Shown here in pieces: positions 48,112 through 57,977 of a stretch of DNA of 64,000 nt. The stretch lies in the IMG/VR virus record IMGVR_UViG_3300018080_000012; one strand, written 5' to 3'. This DNA is from an uncultured virus (IMG/VR IMGVR_UViG_3300018080_000012). Its lineage: Duplodnaviria > Heunggongvirae > Uroviricota > Caudoviricetes. Below the pieces are notes generated by a model that saw only the letters and a list, made by a program, of their open reading frames with translations, was not told the origin of the DNA and searched no databases. The translations under genes and the position numbers were made by a program. Within the stretch, counting starts at the first letter, position 1, and each line of letters starts with the position of its first letter.

Positions 48112-48867
48112 TTAAAACTCCTTTAAAAACTGAATAAATTCTTGCCATATTTTAGATTTAGCGAGAAATTCTTTTGCAATCGGTTTTATATGTTTATTGA
48201 CTAATTTTGTTATATTCGCTTTTGATGTCTTTGTTAATCTTGAAATAGAAGCTTTATTATAACCTTGCAACATGTAATCTAAAATCTGTTTTGCTTCTTT
48301 GCTTTTTATTCTTTCTTTCATCAATTCTATATTTCTCTTAAATTCAACTTCTTCTATATCTTTCTTTTGTCTTGGATCTTCTACAATCTCTTCTATTCCT
48401 TTAGAAGTCTCTTCTTCTTTAGAAGAAAATGAAGATATATACGCATCTCTATCTAATCCTTTCATTTCTTTTGCTATTCCTTTGAATATATATCCTGTCA
48501 TATAGCTTCTTACATAAGATAAAAAAGCTTTTGAAGATTTTTTTACATTAAATTTATCTATAGCTTTTATAAAGCCTATATTTGCATTTTGAACTGAGTC
48601 ATCTACATTTTTTATTTTTGACATTATTCTATTAATAACATCCCTAACGAATACTTGATTTTGTGTTATAAATTCATTCCTTAATTCTATATCTTCTTTA
48701 AGTTTTTTTATATCTTTAGAAGAAATAACATCAAGTCTTAATTTGTTTTCTTTTTTACTTATAGATACCCACTTTCCTTTACTTATTTTTTTCAATCCAG
48801 TCTTTTGACTTATATGCCCTATAGGATATTCTTTTGATTTCTCTAATTTCAATATCAATTTTTTCAT
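48112..48867 (-). CDS. Sigma70-family sigma factor carrying tag B
   Basis: Region 2 RNEFI..N..FV...DDSVQ.A.IGFIKAIDKF...FLSY; region-4 HTH GY....IS.....SKANI; N-terminal LEKSKEYPIGHISQKTGLKKISKGKWV. Confidence 0.8.
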   Translation of the reverse strand: MKKLILKLEKSKEYPIGHISQKTGLKKISKGKWVSISKKENKLRLDVISSKDIKKLKEDIELRNEFITQNQVFVRDVINRIMSKIKNVDDSVQNANIGFIKAIDKFNVKKSSKAFLSYVRSYMTGYIFKGIAKEMKGLDRDAYISSFSSKEEETSKGIEEIVEDPRQKKDIEEVEFKRNIELMKERIKSKEAKQILDYMLQGYNKASISRLTKTSKANITKLVNKHIKPIAKEFLAKSKIWQEFIQFLKEF

Positions 48868-50510
48868 GGTAAGATCTCTATATAATCTTGTTTTGATTTT
48901 TCAAATTTAAATTCTTCTTTGGGTTGTTCTTTTTCTTTAGGTGTTTCTTCTATATCTTCTTCAGGTTCTTCACCAAATTCATTTCCAACACTCATCCCTC
49001 CTTGCATCTCACTCATCTGTTTCATTTGTTGTGCTTGTAGAAAGTTTGGATTATTAATTATATCTCCACCGTCTATAGGCTTAAGATCTTTTTCTTTTCT
49101 CTTTTCATTTATTGTCATATATACTTGTGTTTGTTTCTCATCTACATTAAGTTCTGCTAATTGATCTTTAGCTTCTATTCCAGTGAATTCCATTCTATAA
49201 GGATCCCATTCTGGTACTCTTTCAATTATCTTATTAAGAATACTTTGAACGAAAGCTAATATATCTTTTAACCCTCGATCTCTACTATAAGTTATTTCAT
49301 TTTGTCTATTTTCATATAATGTAGCTTGTGTTCTATTAAATCTTAAACCTAATTCTGCTGGGTCTATTCCGTGAATCGCACATATCCATGAAGCTAATGT
49401 CTGTGTATATTCATTGAACTCCATATCTCTATTCGGAGGAGCTATTGGTATCCATTTTGCGTTGTGCTGCAAAAATGGAGTTCTCCACATTCCTTTTACG
49501 CCTCGAAACATTGATATCCATTGTCTTTGAAGTTCTTCTAAATCACCTTGTTCAATTTTCTCTCCTTCGAAAGAAATTACTCCTTTAGGCTGTGAAGACG
49601 AATTAAATATCTCTTTATTATATGCCATTGCAAATAGCCAAGCAGTTATCATATCGAGAGACATTTCAATGTAAGAATATCCATATCCTCTTTGCCTTAT
49701 GTCTGTTCTTCTATTCATAAAATAAAATATTAGATCATCTTTTGTGAATGTCTCTACAAACCTTCCATTTACTTCTTGTACGAATGCAATACTTTTGTCT
49801 CCCTGAAAACCCTTGTCTTTCATCGTCCTTTTAATCGTAGCAGCATCTAATATCCAATAATCTAATATTTTATTTTTTTTATTTCTTCTAAGACTTATAG
49901 CTACTTGATCAATAGTCATCATTTCTCTTGTAATCAATTCAACAACATCTGATAAACCTTCTTCTCTTTCATCTGCACCCTCGAAGTTAGTATATCCAGA
50001 ATATAATAAAAACTCTTCAATCTCTTTCATTATTTTTTCATCTTTCTTAGAAGGCGTTCCTTTTTTATCTTTCAATTTAACCCTAAACCCAACATCGTCA
50101 TCATTATAACTTGTTTCAGAAAAAGGTCTTATCTGCATACATCTTACATTTTGTATTGTACTTATTGGAGCTGTTCTTTGAGCTATTTGTCTAAGTATTC
50201 TAAACGATAAATGAAAGAATTTTTCTCTTACTCCATGAATGCCGTATCCCCATTCTGCCATCCATTCTGCTGGCTCTATCATTCCTTTTGGAGCATTTAT
50301 CGCGCCATTCCCTTTTCTATTTTGTTTATAAAATAATAAATCATTTTGATAACTTTTTAAAAAATCAATCTGTTGAAGTCCTGCATTCTCTATAGCTTTT
50401 AATTTTGCTAATTCGTGAATTGTCTGAGGCTGTGAATCAGAAGAAATATCGTTTTTAATATTGAAAGCTTCTTTAAACTTTCTTTCGCCTAATGAAGATA
50501 AAGACAACAT
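48864..50510 (-). CDS. Portal protein
   Basis: TIDQV, LDAATI, GYGYS.IE, YN..IF....PKG, RDMEF, IDPAELG, MTINE.R...L.PIDGGD.I.NP. Confidence 0.92.
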   Translation of the reverse strand: MLSLSSLGERKFKEAFNIKNDISSDSQPQTIHELAKLKAIENAGLQQIDFLKSYQNDLLFYKQNRKGNGAINAPKGMIEPAEWMAEWGYGIHGVREKFFHLSFRILRQIAQRTAPISTIQNVRCMQIRPFSETSYNDDDVGFRVKLKDKKGTPSKKDEKIMKEIEEFLLYSGYTNFEGADEREEGLSDVVELITREMMTIDQVAISLRRNKKNKILDYWILDAATIKRTMKDKGFQGDKSIAFVQEVNGRFVETFTKDDLIFYFMNRRTDIRQRGYGYSYIEMSLDMITAWLFAMAYNKEIFNSSSQPKGVISFEGEKIEQGDLEELQRQWISMFRGVKGMWRTPFLQHNAKWIPIAPPNRDMEFNEYTQTLASWICAIHGIDPAELGLRFNRTQATLYENRQNEITYSRDRGLKDILAFVQSILNKIIERVPEWDPYRMEFTGIEAKDQLAELNVDEKQTQVYMTINEKRKEKDLKPIDGGDIINNPNFLQAQQMKQMSEMQGGMSVGNEFGEEPEEDIEETPKEKEQPKEEFKFEKSKQDYIEILP

Positions 50511-50531
50511 TTAAAACCTCCATAAATAAAT

Positions 50532-50570
50532 AAAAAAAAAGCCACGCACCGAGATCAAGGTGCGCAGCTT
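50532..50570 (-). terminator. Terminator-like hairpin immediately upstream of portal gene
   Basis: AAGCTGCGCACC-loop-GGTGCGTGGCTT plus T9 right before the SD. Confidence 0.8.
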
Positions 50571-50650
50571 ATAATCAATTGTATAATGGGATGAAAAGTA
50601 TATCTAGCATTATCCTTAATAAGATTTTGCTTTTTTAACATTACATTTAT

Positions 50651-50710
50651 ATTATATATCTTTTAAGTTACAATGTAAACAAGAAATTTCAATATTATTG
50701 AAACTTTTTT
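50651..50710 (-). promoter_or_regulatory. Putative class-II promoter with TTTCAA-N5-TTGAAA palindrome
   Basis: TTTACA-N17-TATAAT; palindrome at 50687-50703. Confidence 0.7.
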
Positions 50711-50714
50711 ATAT

Positions 50715-51230
50715 CTATTTCCCGTATATTTTCATTAATGTTTGAATACTTTCAGGTAAAATCTCTTTCCATTCTTTAGTTCTTTTATAAACAGTAACTG
50801 AAGTTCTTATCGGGCCGTAATTCATATTAGTCAACTTAAGATGAACTATAGTCTTCTTTAATCTCCATATAATATGTCTGGAATCTTCATAATCAGTAGT
50901 TGCTTCTAAATAATCTTTCCCATATTTCTTATTACATTCTCTTACTACATTAAAAAAATTGTGTCCTGGCTGATATGTTACAACCACTGAAAAAAGCTTC
51001 TTTTTCAAAAAGATATACATCACATTTATAGCTTCAAATTTTTTCATCGTCTTTGTTATTAACATTGTCCCGTTATCAAATTTTTCTTTTCTTATAATCA
51101 CAGTCTTTGACTCTTTAATAACTTTTTTCATTGACATTCCCCACTTTAAGTTCTCCCAACCAACTATATCTTTAGCATAAATATTAATACTAAAAATAAA
51201 AATAAAAAATATTATTGTAATTTTATTCAT
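50715..51230 (-). CDS. Exported protein with signal peptide
   Basis: MNKITIIFFIFIFSINIYA|KD; GW.NLKWGMS..KV. Confidence 0.65.
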   Translation of the reverse strand: MNKITIIFFIFIFSINIYAKDIVGWENLKWGMSMKKVIKESKTVIIRKEKFDNGTMLITKTMKKFEAINVMYIFLKKKLFSVVVTYQPGHNFFNVVRECNKKYGKDYLEATTDYEDSRHIIWRLKKTIVHLKLTNMNYGPIRTSVTVYKRTKEWKEILPESIQTLMKIYGK

Positions 51231-52250
51231 ATTACACCTCCAAATTAATTAATCTTTATATTCACCCATAAACTTATCTAAATTTTCTGACTCGCTTCCA
51301 AGCTCCTTTAAAGCTTTATTAATTCTACTCAATTCATCAATGCGTTCATTCTGCATATTTTTTAAATATCTAACAGCAAATTGATACAACATTGATTTTG
51401 CTTCTTTTATTGACTTTACAGTACCAATACCCGAGCCACCTTTAGATATTTTATATTCGTTTTTATTAGCAAAAAATTTACCCTTTTTATAAATTAATAA
51501 CCAACATAGACAGTGAACTTGCTTGTTCTTACTCTGACCTCTTTTATAAGGTTCATCTGGATCGCCAATATAATAACTTTTCAAAACATCGCTCATTATT
51601 ACGCCTCCTTATAAATTGATTTTTGATATCCTTCTCTTTCTTCTTTTGTTCGGCTATTCCAGCAGTCATTACATAATACCGGATATCCATGTGGCTCTTC
51701 AAAATATATGCTACATTCAGCACAACAATATCCTTCAATTATTAAATCAGCTATTTCTCCCATCTCTTACCTCCTTATTTTTATTTATTTCATAAAATTC
51801 TATTACTTTTTTGTATTTTTTAATTATCTCATCAATCTCTTTAATATCTCCCTTTAATTGAACATTTAGTTTATTAATAGATTTTTCTAACTTAACTGCA
51901 ATATTATGCAAATCATTTAATCTCTTTAATATACTTATCATATCATTTTTAATGTATACTAATATTTTCATGTTCTCATCCTCTAAAATGGTATTTCGTC
52001 TCCATCATATTTTCTAGATCTAGATTTTGATTTCTTTTTATTCGGTTCAAATGCTCGTAGGCAATATTCGACTAAATTATATCCATATCTTTCCACAATT
52101 TCTGATAAGTAACTTAAACAATCGTTCATTTCTTTCTCTTGAGCATGTTCTTCTTGTTGTTGTTTATATTCTAATTGTTCTTGTTGTAATGCTTGTTGAT
52201 ATTCATCTTCACTGCTATAATCCACTCTTTCAACTCCCATCCTTCTCCTC

Positions 52251-52991
52251 CTTCACCTTCCTTTTTAATTCTAACATTTCTGATATTAAACCCATTTGTA
52301 ATAATGCCTTGCTTCCACTTTGAATTTTATCTTTTTCATATTTTTTTATCTCCTCATCAATCACCCTCAACACTCTTTCGCTTTCTGCATTCATTCCTTT
52401 ATTATATCCCTCTCTTTGCCAAATAGCCCAAGCAGGAGTATTCCTTTCTCCTATGATCTTCTGCTCCAGCCATTCAGAATATTGTGTCCAATAATTATAT
52501 GATTTTCGCCCATGTTCAAAAATAGCATCTATATCTAATCTATCTTCAAATTTTTCAATTAATTCCTTTTCAAACTCTTTTCTCAATTCCTCAACTGTCA
52601 TTTTTCACCTTCCTTTTTAATCCTTCTTTTGCACTTTCAAATCCATCGCTAAATCCTTTAATATAACTTCCTGCACCACCCATGACAGAGTGCATATTAT
52701 CAATCAGCCCCTCAATCCATTTCTGCATTTCGTCAATGGCACAATTATAGCCTGCTGAATATAATTTATTTTTAGCATAAGCACAAGCTCCATCATATTT
52801 CAAAAATTTAATTACTCCTTCCTTTTTCTGTGGCTTCGGCTTATTCATTCTTTCACCTTCCTTTTTAATTCTTGTAATGCCTCTTTATATCCGGTTCTAT
52901 AAACAACATCATGATACATATATTCTTTTTTAATTATTTTTATCTCTTCATCAATCAACCACTCAATCCATTTCTGCATTTCGTCAATGGC
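52251..52991. repeat. Interleaved direct repeats in three paralogous small genes
   Basis: TTCACCTTCCTTTTTAAT x3 (~52253, 52604, 52852); CTCAATCCATTTCTGCATTTCGTCAATGGC x2 (52711, 52962). Confidence 0.85.
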
Positions 52992-53843
52992 TTCATTATG
53001 CCCTTGATTCCAGTCAAGATTATACCACCGAACTCTATCCTTTGTATGACTATATGTTCCATTGGTCATATCTGGATCACTTGTATATTCCGGCAATTTC
53101 TTCGGTCTCTCCATGATTATTTCTCCTCTTGCGTGCTTCTCAATAAATCAATATATTCCTTTTTCCAAAATTCAGCTTGAAACTTATAACACCTTGAAGC
53201 GCTTCTATACCCTTGCATTAATTCCCATTGCCAAGCCCACATTGACCATCCCGATACTGTCAATATAAATCCAATTATCAAACTCCATATATATCTCTTT
53301 TTCCACTTATCCATCCTTCTTCTCCTTTGCATAACAATTCGTTGAATAATTTCCACTTGTCCATGTGATCTCATACCACGGTCTTATTGGATACGGATTA
53401 ACCGGATACGGATATGGCTGTGGAATATATTCTTTCTCTTTTTCAAAAATGTTTTTTAGCTCATGGTATAAACTTTTTGCCTCTGATTGTTCAAGTTCAA
53501 TCTTTACTCCGTTTTTTGTCTTTATTACAACTTTAATTTCTGCACTCATACCTTCTCCTCCTTAACGCTATCCTTACATTGATCACAAACAACTTCTATC
53601 TCCTCCTTCACTCTCTTGATTATTTCAATGGCTTTTTTAAGGCCATCTACAAGTATATCCAGAAACTGCATTGAAATAATTCGCCAATTTCAATAACTTC
53701 TCTTTTTCTCTTTGTCCACTATAATGCAATATTCTTTCATGCTTACGTCCATAGCAATCAATCATATCTAAAGAACCCCACTCATCCCCATTACATTCTG
53801 GATGTTTGTTTGCACTTAAAAACATTTTTGCTTTTTCATTACC

Positions 53844-54789
53844 CACACTACACCTCCATTATTTAATATTTATTAATTCAAAATAATTATATTCATAATT
53901 AAATTTATATACTGCTGTTTTGACATCACCTGTTTTTTCTCCAATAGAATAAATGTAATACATATATCCATCAGTAGTTGTCAATGTCACCATACTCCAC
54001 CTCCATTATTTAGACTTCAGCTTTCTCTATCTTATTCATGGCTTCTCCTGTCCTACAGATTCCAACCATTTCTCTACTGGTTCATTCATCCACGCTTTCA
54101 ATGCTCTATCAAATTCGCCATTATCCTCTGAAATAATTTTTTCATCCATACTCCCACAACTTGTACATCCTTTGAGTTTAACTGTGTCCGGAAAATAACA
54201 ATTCTTTTTTCCGCAACCAAGACACCTAACAATTCTATATTTATTCACACTCCACCTCCATTATTTAGACTTCAGTAACTCTGTCTTATTCATGGCTTCT
54301 CCTTAATCAATTTAAAGAATCCATAACCCCAGCTTGCAGACCATCTCCATCCTTCTTTCTTTCTTTTTGCAATATATTCATTCCACTTTTTTTCGTCTTC
54401 CTCATTATCGTATCGAACATAAGGCATATTCCAATCCAATAAAATAGCATCACCGTTATCCCCCTCTATTATAACTTCATCACAACCAAATTCCCTGAAC
54501 CCCTCTGTCCAAGACTTTCCTACAAAATTACCTAATTCTATATTTTTTCCCTTTGGTTTTATCTTTACTTTCACACTCCACCTCCATTATCCTCTTTCTT
54601 TTTTATTTACTGCTTATCCACATATTTAAAAATCCAATTAATAAAACCCATATAGAGCCTGATAACTTAAAATTTGATTCCTGAATTATCCCAATTGTAT
54701 ACATTACCATACTAACAACAATACAAATCATTCCGATTACCATATTTAATGCCCTCATACATCCACCTCCATTATTTAGACTTCAGTAA
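53844..54789. repeat. Gene-boundary repeat (stop, SD, start) x5
   Basis: (T)CCACCTCCATTAT(TTAGACTTCAG) at ~53844, 53991, 54246, 54572, 54756. Confidence 0.85.
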
Positions 54790-55200
54790 TCCATTGTCTT
54801 TAAGATAGATCCACATCTTTGCAAGGGCATTGCAGAGTTTTTTATCTACAAAGCTTACCTTTTCATCATTGATATAAAGAGTTCTTTCTTCCCACCTATC
54901 TTTATAAAAACATTCTGATTCTTTTTCATATATTCTCAAATCAAGATAAAAATCATCATACACATCATTTTCCAATACTTTCGGCAACTCCATCAATAGT
55001 TCTTCGGCTGTGGGTGCTGAATATTTATCTACATTACAATTCTTTGCTGTAGTTCTATCAAAAAGAACGACACCATCAGAAGGTCTTTTGGCTATAACCC
55101 ATATCCATAATCCATCCTGCCTAAATCCCTTTTCCTTTAAACTCTTGCTTATCTCTAAATCGCAACAAATGTTTTCTAATTCCATACCTACCTCCTTAAA

Positions 55201-55436
55201 TCAGCCGAGCGGCTACAGCCGTTGAACCTCCGCTTTCGATTTTTCTACTCGCTACCGGGTACCGTTTAAAGCACTGCTCCGCTCGACCTTTGACAGATAC
55301 TCTGTCTTATTATTTCAGGCGGTGCTGACGGAGACACCCAGTCAACCCTCTGGACTTACGCCTTATAAGTCGTGTGAACCCTATAATTATAGGTTGCTTA
55401 TAATTATATTTCTGCTACGATTTCCCGCCAACACCT
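55201..55436 (-). ncRNA. GC-rich intergenic region, probably two structured RNAs
   Basis: Closing stems GGCGG/CCGCC and GGTCGAGCGG/CCGCTCGGCT; no ORF; GC clearly above background. Confidence 0.5.
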
Positions 55437-55454
55437 TATTTGATTTTAAAAGAA

Positions 55455-55838
55455 CTATTTCTTATTCGCTATCTTGCCTGCTTTAATCCAGTTTGACTTG
55501 ATCCAATCCGTCAAAACATATCGTCTATTAATCAGCCAAATAAACCTAGAGATTAAAAGAGTCAAAATTCCAAATGCTACTAATGAAATAGATCCTGTCA
55601 ATATTCTGTTGTCAACAAATTGCGAAATCATAATATCACCCTTTTCAACAAAAAGATTAGCTCCAGTTAAATTCCATATTGGTAATGTCATCCACCCAAG
55701 ACTAAAAAGCAAACCCAATATAACCGATGCAACTACCCCCATTATTAATACAGCTATCAAAAAATACCCTATCCATTTAAATAGAAATTTACCAATCTCC
55801 CACAACTTCAACCCTATAAATATCAATACTCTTTTCAT
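55455..55838 (-). CDS. Membrane protein
   Basis: Two to three hydrophobic segments. Confidence 0.6.
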   Translation of the reverse strand: MKRVLIFIGLKLWEIGKFLFKWIGYFLIAVLIMGVVASVILGLLFSLGWMTLPIWNLTGANLFVEKGDIMISQFVDNRILTGSISLVAFGILTLLISRFIWLINRRYVLTDWIKSNWIKAGKIANKK

Positions 55839-56065
55839 GTTCCCTCCTCTTCTATAAAATCTTTTAAAATTCCTATCTTTTTTACTTCATCATCATAATT
55901 AAATGAATAATTTTTTTGTGTTATCATACTTGTTGCTCTTCCATTTTCGTTTTTAACAAATGCGCTTATCCCTTGTTTCTTACTAGAAGGAAGTATCTTT
56001 ACAAATACATCTTCAGCATTTAAATTTATAAATGTACATATTTCATTATCTTTAATCTTTTTCAT
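55835..56065 (-). CDS. Hypothetical protein
   Basis: 76-aa ORF with SD. Confidence 0.5.
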   Translation of the reverse strand: MKKIKDNEICTFINLNAEDVFVKILPSSKKQGISAFVKNENGRATSMITQKNYSFNYDDEVKKIGILKDFIEEEGT

Positions 56066-56125
56066 TTTTTATTCCTTCTATCTTTGGAACTAAATATTCT
56101 TTTTTCAAATTCTTTTTCTTTTATA

Positions 56126-56497
56126 TTATTTTCCTTTTAATAACTCTGGATTTTCGTATATGTTTCCGATTACTTTCATAAGTCCTACAAGATTAAATAC
56201 AGCATAATTTTGAAACACAGTATCATTTTTCTTTATTGTAAACATTGTATTTTCCCGAATAATTTCCGTTACCGTTGTCCCTCTTTTTGTCTTTCCTCTT
56301 GTCCAATCATATTTAATTATATCCCCCTCATATATTTCAACACCATTCTTATCATGAAGCCCTATATATTGCATAGCCGTATCATTGGTTCCGCCATAAT
56401 GAGTTGATTGAGACAACCATCCTTTTGAATTAATATTGACATCATAATACATTCTTTTTAAACCAGTGTGCCAAGCCCTGAATTTAACCTCTTTCAT
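56126..56497 (-). CDS. YopX family protein
   Basis: KFRAW, MQYIGL.DKNG.EIYEGDI, VIGNIYENPELL. Confidence 0.9.
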   Translation of the reverse strand: MKEVKFRAWHTGLKRMYYDVNINSKGWLSQSTHYGGTNDTAMQYIGLHDKNGVEIYEGDIIKYDWTRGKTKRGTTVTEIIRENTMFTIKKNDTVFQNYAVFNLVGLMKVIGNIYENPELLKGK

Positions 56498-56498
56498 T

Positions 56499-56876
56499 TC
56501 ATTCCTCCTCCCTCAATTCTGGATTTTCATATATGTTTCCGATTACTTCACAAAAACTTGCTTCGGGTCTTACTTCTCCTACATCATCATCTTCATATAG
56601 AGGACATAACAACTTCGCAAAAGGTGAAAACCCACATAAACTATTATCCCATTCTACTTTTTCTATATCTTTAGTAAAAGGATAGTTTCCAAGTCTAACA
56701 ATATCCCCTTCATATATCTCTTTGCCATTCTTATCCTTAAGCCCTGTGTATTGCATAAGAATACAAACTTTTCTTGGATGTATTGAATCTTCAGCGACAT
56801 GATCTTCATTAAATTCATATACGGCAAACATCCTTTTTTGTTCTTTCTCCCATACTCGAAATTTAATCTCTTTCAT
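56499..56876 (-). CDS. YopX family protein
   Basis: KFRVW, MQYTGLKDKNGKEIYEGDI, EVIGNIYENPEL. Confidence 0.9.
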   Translation of the reverse strand: MKEIKFRVWEKEQKRMFAVYEFNEDHVAEDSIHPRKVCILMQYTGLKDKNGKEIYEGDIVRLGNYPFTKDIEKVEWDNSLCGFSPFAKLLCPLYEDDDVGEVRPEASFCEVIGNIYENPELREEE

Positions 56877-56927
56877 AACATTCTCCTATAATATAATTAT
56901 ATACTATTCATATTTTTTTTAAACACT

Positions 56928-57897
56928 TTAATATTTTTTATCTTTACTTAAATAATATATATTATTATCAAAATAATTTTCTTCATAGCTCCTTAATTTT
57001 GTGCTTCTAATTTCTTTCCTATGTTCAAAATAAACAGTGATCACAGATAATCCTATAGAAATAACAATAATCAATCCTAATATAAATATATAGAAAATCA
57101 TATTAAAACCTCCCTGATTAAAATGAGTATATACCACCAATATTTGGTTGTTCAAAATCAAACTCTTCAAAGTGTGTTCCTTTTACTTTTTTAATAGTTA
57201 TTATAGTCTCATCAGTAATTTTCACACCAGTATTTTTGAATGCTTCAAGAGTTTCTAAAAGATCTTTATCTTTGATGTTCTTATACTTTATTCTTTTCAT
57301 TTTTTAACTCCTTATTCATTTTTTTTACTACTTGTTTTGCTTTTTTTCTTTTCAAGACCAGAATCTAATAGTGTATTGCATCTTTTACAAATTGTTCCAT
57401 AACCATATTTGTATGGCCATATTGTTCTTATTACTTCCCATTTGTGCTTACATATAGATTTAATTCTCTTCATATTTTACCTCACTTATTTAATTTTTTC
57501 ATTACTCTTTCGGGAGTGATATCTGAGAATACTTTTTTATTCATTTTTGAATTTTGAGTTTTATCTTCTATCGGAATTAATTCTTCAGCATCAATTAACT
57601 GTAATTGACGATGAGCTTCTTCAACTTTAGCGCATGCTTCTTGTACTTTTTTATTAGCTTCTGTAAAATGAAACCATACACCAATTATATCGTCGTACAC
57701 CCATATCCAATACTTATGTATTCTCATAATATTTTTCCTTTAAATTATTTATTTTTTTCTTTTTCTTTTAAAATTTCATTTACTATATCATTAGTCATAT
57801 CTTTTTGAGGCAATGGCATTGTAAGATCACCAAAATCTTTATCAACATCCCATTGATTTAAAAGAATACCATCATCTGATATTAATGTTAATTTCAT
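56928..57897 (-). other. Small hypothetical genes at head of accessory island
   Basis: Short SD-led ORFs (e.g. 57118-57300, 57482-57727, 57745-57897). Confidence 0.55.
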
Positions 57898-57911
57898 AAT
57901 ATTTTCTCCTT

Positions 57912-57969
57912 TTTATTATTATAATACCAAGAAGCAACGAAATAGTTAACCGACTATTTTATTTATTTT
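57912..57969 (-). promoter_or_regulatory. Putative class-I promoter, near-perfect repeat of 38357-38414
   Basis: ~58-bp identity; GTTAACT-N17-TATTATAAT then SD. Confidence 0.75.
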
Positions 57970-57977
57970 TGGCTGTT

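Larger units (their letters stand above)
51249..55185 (-). other. Array of ~20 small hypothetical genes with shared boundary repeats
   Basis: Tightly packed/overlapping short ORFs with SDs; paralogous ends (LKRKVK), Zn-finger ORF 54036-54248, APTAEELL..LP ORF 54772-55185. Confidence 0.7.

Noticed and set aside
53844..54789. CRISPR array
   Set aside because: Intervening sequences are ~120-310 bp, variable and protein-coding; the repeat is stop+SD+start; no cas genes seen
55201..55436. tRNA genes
   Set aside because: Could not fit a cloverleaf with proper arms by eye; kept as unknown structured RNA
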